Of a DNA stretch of 47,716 nt, positions 1 through 9,896 are shown piece by piece. This DNA is from an uncultured Clostridium sp. Its GTDB lineage: Bacteria > Bacillota > Clostridia > TANB77 > CAG-508. Every line of letters starts with the position of its first letter. Position 1 is the stretch's first letter. Position numbers and translations under genes: made by a program. The notes beneath the pieces are model-generated. The model did no database searches, was not told the DNA's origin, and saw nothing but the letters and a program-made list of their open reading frames with translations. The stretch lies in assembly GCA_945919455.1 (NCBI GenBank), contig CAMEJH010000006.1, positions 1-47,716 on the forward strand, in the 5' to 3' direction.

Positions 1-500
1 ATTATACTTCCATCTTCGTCTTTTCCTAATATTATCCATTCTGTTCCTTCTGGTATTGCCGTGTCTGGTGTATAATTTATAGTGTCTCCTATTGATATTT
101 TTCCTTCATCATATATTTCTCCTATTGTTGGTCCAACTGTGCCTAATATGCTGAAATCTATTTCTATTTTTCCTATTGTTATTATGTCCTGTGTTTCTAA
201 TAATTCTACTTCTTCATCTGTTAATTTTCCTTCTTCTTTTAATTTATCTATTACATCTTGTTTACTTTTTTTGTTGCCTCCTGCATATTTTGCCATTTTG
301 TTTTCATTTGCTGCCATTTCTACTTTTTCTTTTACTTCTCCACCTCTTGTGTTATCCTTTGCTTCTAATGCCTGTTTTATTATTCCATTTTCTCCTCCTA
401 GCATTGAAATACTTACTCCTGCTAGGATTAGTAGAACTACTATTGTTACTACTAGTGCAATAAGCGTTATTCCAGTTCTTTTGTTCATTTTTTCTACCAT
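1..500 (-). CDS. Type IV pilin-like N-terminal domain protein (3' end runs off the window start)
   Basis: Manual translation from ATG at 500: MVEKMNKRTG|ITLIALVVTIVVLLILAGVSISMLGGENGIIKQA..., open to position 1; GGGGGCAAAAGAAAA precedes the ATG. Missing from the ORF track because it has no stop in the window. Confidence 0.85.
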   Translation of the reverse strand, partial: MVEKMNKRTGITLIALVVTIVVLLILAGVSISMLGGENGIIKQALEAKDNTRGGEVKEKVEMAANENKMAKYAGGNKKSKQDVIDKLKEEGKLTDEEVELLETQDIITIGKIEIDFSILGTVGPTIGEIYDEGKISIGDTINYTPDTAIPEGTEWIILGKDEDGSI

Positions 501-661
501 TTTTCTTTTGCCCCCTATATTTTATTTTTAATTACATAACTTAAAGATGTATTACTATCTATAATATAACAATAAAAATTAAAATAGTCAATGTTTAAAT
601 TTTCAAAAAATCAACATAATAATAAAGAGAAAATATATTCTTATGAAAGGAATGATTTATC

Positions 662-3268
662 ATGGCAAATGAAAAAAAAGAAGATGTTGACATAGAAAAA
701 ATTTATGGTCATCTATGTAGAACACCAAAAGAAGATTTTAGTTCAGAGTTCAAAATAACAGAACAAGGATTAACAGATGATGAGATTACAGAAAGACTTC
801 ATACATATGGATATAATGAAGTTACTCAAACTAAACAAAAAAAATGGTACAACTATCTTTTAAAAAGTTTATTTACACCATTTAATAGTATTTTAATAGG
901 AATCGCACTAGTGTTATCTTATACTGATGTTTATCTAGCTGAAGACCCTAATTATGCAAATATTATAGTTATTCTAATATTAGTAACAGTAAGTACATTA
1001 CTAGATTTTATTTCTGAATACAGGTCAAATCTAGCAGCTGAGAAATTGAAACAATTAGTATCTACAACCACTACTGTAATTAGAAATGGAGAAAAAGTTA
1101 AAGTTCCTTTTAAAGAACTTGTACTTGGAGATACTGTTATATTATCAGCTGGAGATATGATTCCTGCAGATTTAAGAATAATAGAATCAAAAGACTTATA
1201 TGTTGGTCAATCAACTTTAACAGGAGAATCTGATGCAATTAAAAAAGTTGAAAACAGTGAAATTACTGATGAAATTGATTCTCTCTCAGATATAGACACA
1301 ATATGTTTTATGGGGACAAATGTTATTAGTGGAAGCGCTAAAGGAGTTGTTGTTTTAACTGCTGATAATACTTATTTCGGTAAAGTAGCAAATACATTAA
1401 CTTCTGGAAAGCCAAAAACTTCATTTCAAAAAGGAATAGAAAGCATAAGTAAATTATTAATAAAATTTATGCTTGTATTAATTCCAATTGTGTTTTTATT
1501 AAATGTATGGAAACATGATATTATAGTTTCATTTACCTTTGCTGTTGCAATAGCAATATGTATTACGCCACTATTACTACCTGTTATATTATCTTCAAGC
1601 TTATCAAAAGGCGCAATAAGAATGTCCAAAAAGAAAACTATTGTAAAAAAGCTTGATTCTATCCAAAGTTTTGGAGCAATGAATATATTATGTACAGACA
1701 AGACTGGTACATTAACAGAAGATAAAATCGTTCTTGAAAGATATCTTGATATTATGGGAAATGAGGACCTAAGAATTTTAAAACATGCATTTTTAAATGC
1801 TTATTTTCAAACAGGTTTACGTAGTAATATAGATGAAGCAGTTATAAATCGTGGACTTGAAAATGGTATGCAAGAAGTAACTGAAAAATATAAAAAAATT
1901 GATGAAGTTCCATTTGACTTTTCTCGTCGTCGACTTTCTGTTGTAGTAAATGATGGTGTAAAAAGTCAATTAATTACTAAAGGTGCTGTTGAAGAAATAT
2001 TAAGCACTTCTACAATGGTTGATTATCAAGGTAAGGTTTCGCCTATCACAAATGAAATTAAAGAAAATGTAAAAAGAATTGCTAAATATTTAAATAAACA
2101 AGGGCTTCGTGTTGTTGCAGTTTGTCAAAAGAACGAGTTAGATAAAACATCTAGTTTTGGTGTTTCTGATGAGAAAAATATGGTTCTTATGGGATTTATA
2201 GGATTTTTAGATCCTCCAAAAGAAACCGCAAAATCTTCTATTGAACAGCTTAATAAAAATGGAATTAGAGTTATTGTTTTAACAGGAGATAATGTAGAAG
2301 TTACAAAATCTGTATGTGATAAGGTAGGAATAAAATCTCCTAAAATTATTACAGGAACTCAAATAGATAAACTTGCAGATCAAGGTGTTAAAAGACTTTT
2401 GAAAAAAACAAATATTTTTGCAAAACTCTCTCCGATTCAAAAAGCACGTATTGTTAGACTTCTAAAAGAATCTGGAAATGTTGTTGGATATATGGGTGAT
2501 GGAATTAATGATAGTCCTTCATTAATAAATTCCGATGTTGGTGTTTCGGTTGATACTGCTGTTGATATTGCAAAAGAATCTGCAGATATTATATTACTTG
2601 AAAAAGATTTACATGTTTTATTAGATGGAGTTAAAGAAGGCCGTCATACTTTTGCAAATTTGATGAAATATATAAAACTTGCAGCAAGTTTTAACTTTGG
2701 AGAAGTTATGTCTGTAATTATTGCAAGTGTATTACTTCCATTTTTACCTGAAACTCCTATTCAACTTTTAGTTGAAGGGTTATTATATGATTTTGGGCAA
2801 TTAACTCTGCCACTAGATAATGTTGATGAAGAATATTTAAATAAACCAAAAAAGTTTGATATAAATGGTCTAAAACATTTTATGTTATTTATGGGGCCTC
2901 TTAGCTCATGCTTTGACTTAATAGTTTTTGCTCTAGTTTGGTTTACTTTTGCTATACACGAGGCAGCTATTTTCCAAACAATTTGGTTTTCTTATGGTGT
3001 AGTTTCTAATTTAGTTGGAATGCATGTAATAAGAACTGCAAAAGTTCCTTTTAAACAAAGTCATGCTTCAAAAGCTGTATATTTTTCATCTATATTATTA
3101 AGTATTGTTGCAATGGTTGTACCTTTCACATTTTTAGGCCGTGCTATTGGTCTTGCAGCTCTTGCTCCTAAATATTTCACAGTAATCATTGGTGTTCCTA
3201 TTTTATATTGTTTTGTTGCTGTTCTTGCTAAGAAGGTTTATATTAAAAAATATGGTGAGTGGATTTAA
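662..3268 (+). CDS. mgtA: Magnesium-translocating P-type ATPase
   Basis: 868 aa; TGES, DKTGTLT, PFDF-RRR, KGAVEE, GDGINDSP motifs; C-terminal FQTIWF...HVIRT typical of MgtA/MgtB. Confidence 0.9.
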   Translation: MANEKKEDVDIEKIYGHLCRTPKEDFSSEFKITEQGLTDDEITERLHTYGYNEVTQTKQKKWYNYLLKSLFTPFNSILIGIALVLSYTDVYLAEDPNYANIIVILILVTVSTLLDFISEYRSNLAAEKLKQLVSTTTTVIRNGEKVKVPFKELVLGDTVILSAGDMIPADLRIIESKDLYVGQSTLTGESDAIKKVENSEITDEIDSLSDIDTICFMGTNVISGSAKGVVVLTADNTYFGKVANTLTSGKPKTSFQKGIESISKLLIKFMLVLIPIVFLLNVWKHDIIVSFTFAVAIAICITPLLLPVILSSSLSKGAIRMSKKKTIVKKLDSIQSFGAMNILCTDKTGTLTEDKIVLERYLDIMGNEDLRILKHAFLNAYFQTGLRSNIDEAVINRGLENGMQEVTEKYKKIDEVPFDFSRRRLSVVVNDGVKSQLITKGAVEEILSTSTMVDYQGKVSPITNEIKENVKRIAKYLNKQGLRVVAVCQKNELDKTSSFGVSDEKNMVLMGFIGFLDPPKETAKSSIEQLNKNGIRVIVLTGDNVEVTKSVCDKVGIKSPKIITGTQIDKLADQGVKRLLKKTNIFAKLSPIQKARIVRLLKESGNVVGYMGDGINDSPSLINSDVGVSVDTAVDIAKESADIILLEKDLHVLLDGVKEGRHTFANLMKYIKLAASFNFGEVMSVIIASVLLPFLPETPIQLLVEGLLYDFGQLTLPLDNVDEEYLNKPKKFDINGLKHFMLFMGPLSSCFDLIVFALVWFTFAIHEAAIFQTIWFSYGVVSNLVGMHVIRTAKVPFKQSHASKAVYFSSILLSIVAMVVPFTFLGRAIGLAALAPKYFTVIIGVPILYCFVAVLAKKVYIKKYGEWI

Positions 3269-3282
3269 TTTAATAACTTTTA

Positions 3283-3311
3283 TTGACTTTATCTAATTTT
3301 GATAATATAAT
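3283..3311 (+). promoter_or_regulatory. Sigma70-type promoter of the PBECR-like gene
   Basis: TTGACT-17 bp-TATAAT. Confidence 0.7.
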
Positions 3312-3339
3312 ATCTGTTGTGTATAAAAGGAGAAATATT

Positions 3340-3765
3340 TTGAAAGAATTAGATATTAATAGTATAAAAAAAGGAAAAAGTAAAAACATTAAAATTGGTG
3401 AACTTTCCCAAGATGTAATAAATTTGTTAAATTTAGATTTAAAACCTCAAAACATTAATATATGGTCAACAAGAATTGAAGAACATTGCGAGAAGCATAA
3501 AAATGAATACTCTAGTCCGACAGCTTATAACCAAGCCATAAAATCAATTCCGTTAATAATACAACAACCTGACTTTATTGGTTTACACTCAAAAAATGGA
3601 AATATCCAGTATATAAAAAAGTTAGATGATATTTCTTTAGTTGGAATACAAATAATTAAAGGTAATGGAAATTTGTTATTTAGAACGATTTTCCCTATCA
3701 CAGAAGCTAAATTAAATTATTCTTTAAAAATAGGCAAATTTATTCCTTATGAAAAAAATAAGTAG
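3340..3765 (+). CDS. PBECR-like (Barnase/EndoU/colicin E5-D/RelE fold) putative RNase
   Basis: H-x-x-K-H (EEHCEKHKNEY), 'IPLIIQQPDFIG', 'IQYIKK', 'FRTIFPI' resemble PBECR3-type proteins; likely TTG start at 3340 after AAGGAG (the ORF-track start at 3283 is the -35 box). Confidence 0.65.
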   Translation: MKELDINSIKKGKSKNIKIGELSQDVINLLNLDLKPQNINIWSTRIEEHCEKHKNEYSSPTAYNQAIKSIPLIIQQPDFIGLHSKNGNIQYIKKLDDISLVGIQIIKGNGNLLFRTIFPITEAKLNYSLKIGKFIPYEKNK

Positions 3766-3790
3766 GAGATACCTCAGTATCTCCTTTTTG
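3764..3790. terminator. Intrinsic terminator, probably bidirectional
   Basis: AGGAGATAC-ctca-GTATCTCCT followed by TTTTT and preceded by an A-run. Confidence 0.75.
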
Positions 3791-3793
3791 TTC

Positions 3794-3878
3794 GGTTAAG
3801 TGGTGGGACGGCGTACCCCAACATCTCTTTTAAGACCATCTCTGGTGTGATAGCTGCCTATTCTATCCTCAAATAACC
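3794..3878 (-). ncRNA. PBECR-associated structured RNA, copy 1
   Basis: Four-way junction homologous to 40511-40594; minus-strand promoter at 3970-3998; terminator at 3764-3790. Confidence 0.7.
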
Positions 3879-3969
3879 TTTTATATTTTATGCAATTAAC
3901 ATATGTAATATGCATGTTGCAAACATAATAAAAATGTATTTATAATATTTTTATTATTAATGTAATATA

Positions 3970-3998
3970 ATTGTAACATTTCTATTTGACTTTGTCAA
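3970..3998 (-). promoter_or_regulatory. Sigma70 promoter driving RNA copy 1
   Basis: TTGACA-17 bp-TACAAT with TGn extended -10; no ORF downstream. Confidence 0.7.
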
Positions 3999-4012
3999 CA
4001 CTTTTACTGATT

Positions 4013-7000
4013 TTATACTGTGCAATTCTCTTTTCCAACGATTTCTTCAAACACTTTCAAAATCTCATCTGTAAGATAAATAGCTCCACACGATTTTAAA
4101 TCATCTCCTATTTTAATCATAACACTAATATTATTTTGGTCTCCACAAAAAAATTTGATTGCTCCTCTTAGTTTGGCTTTTTGTTCCTCCGAAACATTGG
4201 TAATATTAAGTGTAAGCATTTTAGGTTTTGTTTCTCCAAAATTCTTTATTTCTTGTGCAACAATTTTAGTATCATCATCTTCTCTAATGCTAAGTCTTCC
4301 ATGTATCATAACAATATTTTCTTCAACAAGAACATCTTGAGATTTTAAATACGTTGGTTCAAACACAATTATTTCTGCAGATCCATATAAATCTTCAATT
4401 GTAAGAAATACCATTATTTTATTGTTTTTTGTATATTTCTTTTTTACAGATGTGATTATTCCTGCAATTTTAACATCTTGTCCATCAACAAATTTAGGTC
4501 TTTCTTTTATTCTTACATCAGAATTTTCTCCATCTGGTCCTATAGCGTTTATTTCATCTATTTCTTTCATTTGAAGAGAAGAAATATTTGTACTTGCAAT
4601 TATTTGTTCTCTTATTTTTTCTAATGGATGTCCCGAAATATAAATTCCAAGCATTTCCTTTTCCATTGATAATAGTTCTCTTTCGTTCATCTCCGGTTGT
4701 TCTACAAAATTATATTTTATATCATTCAAGTTATTATCTTCATCAGAACTGCCTAAATCGAACATTGAAACTTGACCATTCATACCTTTTTTATTATAAC
4801 TTTGAATCGTATCTATTATAGTTTCAAATGATGCAAGTAGTGTTGCTCTTGTCTCCGGGAATTCGCTAAAAGCACCTGCTTTTATTAAACTTTCTATGCA
4901 TTTTTTATTAACTGATTCTCCTGCAACTCTTTCACAAAAATCTGTAAAGCTGGTGAAATCTCCACTTCCTTTTCTAATTTCTATTATGCTTTCAACTGGT
5001 TGCAATCCTACATTTTTAATGCTTCCTAGTCCAAAACGAATTTTATTATTTTCTACAGTAAATTTTGAATAACTCCTATTAATATCTGGTTTTAATATCT
5101 CAATTCCAAGTCTTTTACATTCATCTATATATTCAGGAACTTTATCAAGATTTCCCAAAAAGCTATTTAACATAGAAGCCATAAACTCTGCTGGATAATA
5201 TGCTTTTAAATATGCTGTTCTATAAGCAACTACTGCATAACAAGCTGCATGTGATTTATTGAATGCATATTTTGCAAATTCTGCCATCTCATCAAATATC
5301 TTGTTTGCAGATTCTGCATCTATTCCATTTCTTACACATCCTGGAACTATTACATATCCATCTTCATCAACTTGGCCATTTATAAAAATCTCTCTTTCTT
5401 TTGCCATTACATCAAGTTTTTTCTTTCCCATTGCCCTACGCACTAAGTCCGCTCTACCTAATGAATATCCAGCTAAATCTCTTACTATTTGCATTACTTG
5501 TTCTTGATATACCATACATCCATATGTTACATTTAGTATTGGTTCTAGACTTGGATGCGTGTATTCATTGTGCCCTGGATTTTGTTTTCCTCTAATATAT
5601 CTTGGAATTTGATCCATTGGTCCTGGTCGATATAATGAAACTCCTGCTATTAAATCTTCTAAACAGTCTGGCTTTAATTCTTTCATAAAATTTGTCATGC
5701 CTTGTGACTCAAATTGAAATATTCCTGAACTATTTCCATCTTGCCATAATTTATATACTTTGGGATCTGACATGTCTTTATCAAACTCTACATCTATTCC
5801 TCTATTTTGTTTAACTAAGTTTATTGTATCTTGTATTACTGTTAAAGTTCTAAGCCCTAAAAAATCCATTTTTAGAAGTCCTAGTTCTTCGAGTGTTGTC
5901 ATTATATATTGTGTTGATATTTGATTATCTCTTACATATAGTGGAACATATGTGTCTACTGGTTCTTTTGTTATTACAACACCACAGGCATGTGTTGACG
6001 CCTGTCTTGGCATTCCTTCTAATGCCATTGCTATATCTAATAATTTATGTATTTGTTCATCATTTTCATATAAATCTTTTAATTCTTTATTTTGTTCTAA
6101 TGCCTTTGGTATAGTTATATGTAATTCATTAGGTATCATTTTTGCAAGTTTATCTGCTTCTGCATATGGAAAGTCTAAAACTCTTGCGACATCACGTATT
6201 ACCATTTTGGCAGCCATTGTTCCAAAAGTAATTATTTGTGATACATGGTCATGCCCATATTTTCTAGATACATAATCTATAACATCTTGCCTATGTTCAT
6301 AGCAAAAGTCTACATCAAAATCTGGCATACTTATTCTTTCTGGATTTAAGAATCTTTCAAATAGTAATCCATATTGCATTGGATCTATGTCTGTTATTTC
6401 TATTGCATATGCTATTATAGATCCTGCTCCTGAACCACGTCCTGGTCCTACTGGTATATTATGTGTTTTAGCATAATGAATAAAATCCCATACTATTAAA
6501 AAGTAATCTACATATCCCATTTTTTTAATTACACTTATTTCATATTCCGCTCTTTTTAATACTTCCTCTGATGGATTTTCTCCATATCTTTTTTTTATTC
6601 CATCATCACATAGCTTTTTGAAGAAGTCATAGTGTGTTGGGAATTCTGGTGGCACATCATAATTAGGTAATATTGTATGTCCAAATTCAAATTCTACATT
6701 GCATTTATCTGCAATTTTTACTGTATTTTCTATTGCGTCCGGAAATGCTGCAAAATATTCACTCATTTCTTCTGGTGATTTTACATATAATTCATCTGTA
6801 TCGAACCTCATTCGGTCTTCATCACTCATTCTTTTTCCTGTTTGAATACAAAGTAATATCTCGTGATTATATGCATCTTCTCTTTTTAAATAATGCGCAT
6901 CGTTTGTAGCAACTAATGGTATATCTAGTTTTCTTGCAAGTTGAACCAATTTTTGATTTGCTAGTACTTGTTCTTTTATTCCATTATTTTGAATTTCGAT

Positions 7001-7513
7001 ATAGTAATCTTCTCCAAATACTTTTTTATGCCATAATGCAATTTCTTCAGCTTTTTCATTTTGGCCATTTAATAATGCTTGATTTACAGCTCCTGCTAAG
7101 CATGCACTTAAACAAATTAGCCCTTCATGATATTTTTCTAATACTTCTAAGTCTATACGAGGCTTATAATAGTACCCTTCTGTAAATCCTATTGATACTA
7201 ATTTACTCAAGTTTTTATACCCTTGTTGGTTTTTTGCTAATAAAATTAAGTGATTATATCTATTATCTATATTAGGCTCTTTGTCATTTCTTGAACGTGG
7301 TGCAACATACACTTCACATCCTATTATTGGCTTTATTCCTTCTTTTTTACATGCCTTATAAAAGTCAATAGCTCCATACATTACTCCATGATCTGTTATT
7401 GCCATTGCCTTCATTCCTAATTCTTTTGCCCTTACTGGTAAGTCTTTTATTCTATTTGCTCCATCTAATAAGCTAAATTCACTGTGTATATGTAAGTGTA
7501 CAAATTCTGACAT
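4013..7513 (-). CDS. dnaE: DNA polymerase III alpha subunit (DnaE)
   Basis: PHP domain FVHLHIHSEFSLLDG, GPGRGSGAGS, MPDFDVDF, YAFNKSHA, C-terminal OB fold; start MSEF after AAGGAGG. Confidence 0.97.
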   Translation of the reverse strand: MSEFVHLHIHSEFSLLDGANRIKDLPVRAKELGMKAMAITDHGVMYGAIDFYKACKKEGIKPIIGCEVYVAPRSRNDKEPNIDNRYNHLILLAKNQQGYKNLSKLVSIGFTEGYYYKPRIDLEVLEKYHEGLICLSACLAGAVNQALLNGQNEKAEEIALWHKKVFGEDYYIEIQNNGIKEQVLANQKLVQLARKLDIPLVATNDAHYLKREDAYNHEILLCIQTGKRMSDEDRMRFDTDELYVKSPEEMSEYFAAFPDAIENTVKIADKCNVEFEFGHTILPNYDVPPEFPTHYDFFKKLCDDGIKKRYGENPSEEVLKRAEYEISVIKKMGYVDYFLIVWDFIHYAKTHNIPVGPGRGSGAGSIIAYAIEITDIDPMQYGLLFERFLNPERISMPDFDVDFCYEHRQDVIDYVSRKYGHDHVSQIITFGTMAAKMVIRDVARVLDFPYAEADKLAKMIPNELHITIPKALEQNKELKDLYENDEQIHKLLDIAMALEGMPRQASTHACGVVITKEPVDTYVPLYVRDNQISTQYIMTTLEELGLLKMDFLGLRTLTVIQDTINLVKQNRGIDVEFDKDMSDPKVYKLWQDGNSSGIFQFESQGMTNFMKELKPDCLEDLIAGVSLYRPGPMDQIPRYIRGKQNPGHNEYTHPSLEPILNVTYGCMVYQEQVMQIVRDLAGYSLGRADLVRRAMGKKKLDVMAKEREIFINGQVDEDGYVIVPGCVRNGIDAESANKIFDEMAEFAKYAFNKSHAACYAVVAYRTAYLKAYYPAEFMASMLNSFLGNLDKVPEYIDECKRLGIEILKPDINRSYSKFTVENNKIRFGLGSIKNVGLQPVESIIEIRKGSGDFTSFTDFCERVAGESVNKKCIESLIKAGAFSEFPETRATLLASFETIIDTIQSYNKKGMNGQVSMFDLGSSDEDNNLNDIKYNFVEQPEMNERELLSMEKEMLGIYISGHPLEKIREQIIASTNISSLQMKEIDEINAIGPDGENSDVRIKERPKFVDGQDVKIAGIITSVKKKYTKNNKIMVFLTIEDLYGSAEIIVFEPTYLKSQDVLVEENIVMIHGRLSIREDDDTKIVAQEIKNFGETKPKMLTLNITNVSEEQKAKLRGAIKFFCGDQNNISVMIKIGDDLKSCGAIYLTDEILKVFEEIVGKENCTV

Positions 7514-7562
7514 TTTTTCCTCCTTGTAATTTTGTGCCGGTCCTTTTTTTGTTTGTATCATA

Positions 7563-7591
7563 ATTCTATAAAAAATGTCTCATAATGTCAA
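7563..7591 (-). promoter_or_regulatory. dnaE promoter
   Basis: TTGACA-17 bp-TAGAAT. Confidence 0.7.
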
Positions 7592-7609
7592 GACTTTTAT
7601 ATCTCTTAA

Positions 7610-7810
7610 AGTGCTGGTTCTCATAGATGGGAAGTTGGACTTATATATACATTGTACTTTCCACAACGCGCACTTCTTATTTATTACCCTTGGGCGCTAC
7701 TCTTCTATTAGCATCGGTGCTGATGGATACCCGGAACTTGGCCGGGATAATTATATCAAAGCACTCGAACAAATGGAAGAATTCTCAGCAGAAGGCGATT
7801 ACCAGCAATT
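7610..7810 (+). ncRNA. Unidentified ~200-nt multi-stem structured element
   Basis: GC-richer than its surroundings; nested helices closed by TGCTGGT/ACCAGCA; G-U pairs favour the + strand. Confidence 0.45.
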
Positions 7811-7881
7811 GTACTAAATAGTCAAAGGTTGATTTCTTAAAATAAAGTGGTATAATATATTTATTAAAAACGGAGGTCAAT

Positions 7882-8298
7882 ATGAGTAGGATATTTGAAA
7901 GAAAAATTAATTATTATGAAACAGATAAGATGGGAGTTGTACATCATTCAAATTATATTAGATTTTTTGAAGAAGCTCGTTGCCAATTTTTAGAAGATGT
8001 TGGTTTACCTTATGATAAATTAGAAGCTGAAGGAATAATGTCACCTGTATTAGGTTTTTCTTGTAAATACAAGCAACATGTAACCTTTGGAGATATGATT
8101 GAAATACACACATCTATAACAAAATTTGGTGGTGTAAAATACACTGTTTCTTACGAAGTATATAATAAAAAAACTGGTGAACTTTGTGTTACAGGTGAAT
8201 CAGAACATTGTTTTACAGATTTAGACTTAAAACCATTAAATATAAAAAAACACCATAATGATGTATATGAAAAATTTATGTCCTTAGTTGAAAACTAA
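7882..8298 (+). CDS. Acyl-CoA thioesterase, YbgC/FadM family
   Basis: ETDKMGVVHHSNYIRFFEEAR hot-dog motif; GGAGG RBS; upstream TTGATT-16-TATAAT. Confidence 0.9.
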   Translation: MSRIFERKINYYETDKMGVVHHSNYIRFFEEARCQFLEDVGLPYDKLEAEGIMSPVLGFSCKYKQHVTFGDMIEIHTSITKFGGVKYTVSYEVYNKKTGELCVTGESEHCFTDLDLKPLNIKKHHNDVYEKFMSLVEN

Positions 8299-8345
8299 GG
8301 ATTTTGTTTATGGGTAAAAAAAGGCCCGGAACGAAATTGCCCAAA

Positions 8346-8546
8346 AAGAAAATCCCCGCCTTAGCCGTAAGTTGTCTGAATTTTTAAGGACCTGTCTTCG
8401 ACAGGTGGGTGCCATCTTGAATACTCCTGGGCTTCTTACTACTCGAAAGTGTAAGCTTGCACGCCATACCCAAAGATTATGGCCCCTCTTTAAACTTGTA
8501 GGTTCTAAAAATTCTGTTCTACACGCACTATGCAGGGTGTTTTCTT
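8346..8546 (-). ncRNA. ssrS: 6S RNA
   Basis: ~200 nt with closing stem AAGAAAACACCCUGC/GCGGGGAUUUUCUU; Firmicutes 6S-like segments GUGCGU, GAACC, UGGCGU, GCACCCACCUG, ACGGC; promoter TTGCAA-17-TAAAAT upstream; lies downstream of rdgB. Confidence 0.85.
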
Positions 8547-8683
8547 ATTTAATTGTTATTGTTATTTTAGCATATTAATTTCCAAATTGCAACTATACTA
8601 AAGTTCAAATTTTTTAGAATTTATATGCTAAATATATTATATCTCTCTTTTTTGAATTTATTCTCTTTGTATCCTTATTTTTA

Positions 8684-9304
8684 TTATTTGACAATTTTTA
8701 TTTTATTTAATAATTGGCCAAACGCTTTATCTCTATGATTATGTGCTTTTTCATATTCTTCTACTGGTAATTCTGACATTGGAACTTCATAACCATTCGG
8801 TATAAATATAGGCGAATATGTTAGTCCACCTAATTTTTTTATCTTTTTTGCTATTGTACCTTCACATTCTCCTTTAGAAACTATTTTGCTTCCATCTTTT
8901 AAAAAGCTTGTTAATACACAAACAAATTTTGCTTTTCTTTCTGTATCTCCTGTTCTTTCTATATTATTTAAAAGCTTGTTTAAACATTGCTCTTGAGTTG
9001 CTCCTGCCCCTGCATATCTTGCCGAATATACACCTGGTTCTCCATTTAAACATTCTACACATAATCCTGCATCATCTGTAGTTATAATATCATAATCTAT
9101 ATTATTTTTGTCACAGAATTTTTTTACAGCAATTGCCTTTATTTCAGAATTTTCTTCAAATGTTGTTCCATTTTCTTCTATTTCTTCTTGAAATCCTATA
9201 TCTTTTAATGATAGTACTTCTATATTCGCTTTATGTGCTGCAATTATTGCTTTTATATCTTTTACTTTATTTGGATTTGTTGTTCCATATATCATCTTTT
9301 TCAA
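8684..9304 (-). CDS. rdgB: Non-canonical purine NTP pyrophosphatase (RdgB/HAM1)
   Basis: TTNPNK, EENGTTFEENSEIKA, DDAGL, GEPGVYSARYAG, HR near the C-terminus. Confidence 0.9.
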   Translation of the reverse strand: MKKMIYGTTNPNKVKDIKAIIAAHKANIEVLSLKDIGFQEEIEENGTTFEENSEIKAIAVKKFCDKNNIDYDIITTDDAGLCVECLNGEPGVYSARYAGAGATQEQCLNKLLNNIERTGDTERKAKFVCVLTSFLKDGSKIVSKGECEGTIAKKIKKLGGLTYSPIFIPNGYEVPMSELPVEEYEKAHNHRDKAFGQLLNKIKIVK

Positions 9305-9305
9305 T

Positions 9306-9881
9306 TTAATGCACCTCTATTGAATCCATTTCTTTATTTATACTATCTTCACATTCTCTCATAGCTAAAATTGTTTTTTCAAATAATGTATCTAATTCCC
9401 ATCCAAGCATTTCTGCACCTTGTTTTATTACATCTCTAGAACATCCAGCAGCAAATTTTTTATCTTTAAATTTTTTCTTTAAGCTTGATACTTCTAAATC
9501 CTTTGTGCTTTTTGATGGTCTCATTTTTATTGCAGCACCTATTAACCCAGTTAATTCATCAATTGCAAATAATGTTTTTTCCATTTGTTTTTCCGGCTTT
9601 ACATCACTACATAGTCCATATCCATGACTGCATATTGAATGTATCATATCATCTGACACATTATTTTCTTTTAATATATCTATGCATTTCTTGCAATGTT
9701 CTTCTGGATACATCTCAAAATCCACATCATGCAATAATCCAACTAGTCCCCAGTAATCCTCATCTTCACCATTTTCTCTTGCAAAATATCTCATTGTGCC
9801 TTCTACTGTTAATGCATGTAATATATGAAATGGTTCTTTATTATATTTTTTTAATAGTTCTAATGCTTCTTCTCTTTTCAT
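9306..9881 (-). CDS. HD-superfamily hydrolase
   Basis: H...GLLHDVD...DELTGLI; KKKFKDKKFAAGCSR. Confidence 0.85.
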   Translation of the reverse strand: MKREEALELLKKYNKEPFHILHALTVEGTMRYFARENGEDEDYWGLVGLLHDVDFEMYPEEHCKKCIDILKENNVSDDMIHSICSHGYGLCSDVKPEKQMEKTLFAIDELTGLIGAAIKMRPSKSTKDLEVSSLKKKFKDKKFAAGCSRDVIKQGAEMLGWELDTLFEKTILAMRECEDSINKEMDSIEVH

Positions 9882-9896
9882 TTGATGCCTCCCATA

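Noticed and set aside
82-531. Plus-strand ORFs 82..531 and 176..463, and the many other plus-strand 60-165 aa ORFs opposite minus-strand genes
   Set aside because: Antisense shadows with Leu/Phe/Ser/Ile-rich low-complexity translations and no RBS; the real gene is on the other strand.
530-661. Possible M-box riboswitch or mgtL-like leader upstream of mgtA
   Set aside because: The intergenic region is short and AT-rich, with no M-box motifs or Pro-rich leader ORF.
3794-3878. PBECR-associated RNA as a true tRNA or known self-cleaving ribozyme
   Set aside because: No TTC T-loop, 7-nt anticodon loop or CCA end, and no hammerhead, pistol or twister core that I can recognise.
7575-7821. ORFs 7575..7817 and 7627..7821 (the first ends in a weakly Fic-like GYP...Y--ALE...GDY)
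   Set aside because: No RBS, no Fic HPFxxGNGR motif, overlap with the dnaE promoter and the structured element, and both contain in-frame CGG, which real genes here avoid.
8372-8578. 68-aa plus-strand ORF
   Set aside because: Antisense to the 6S RNA.
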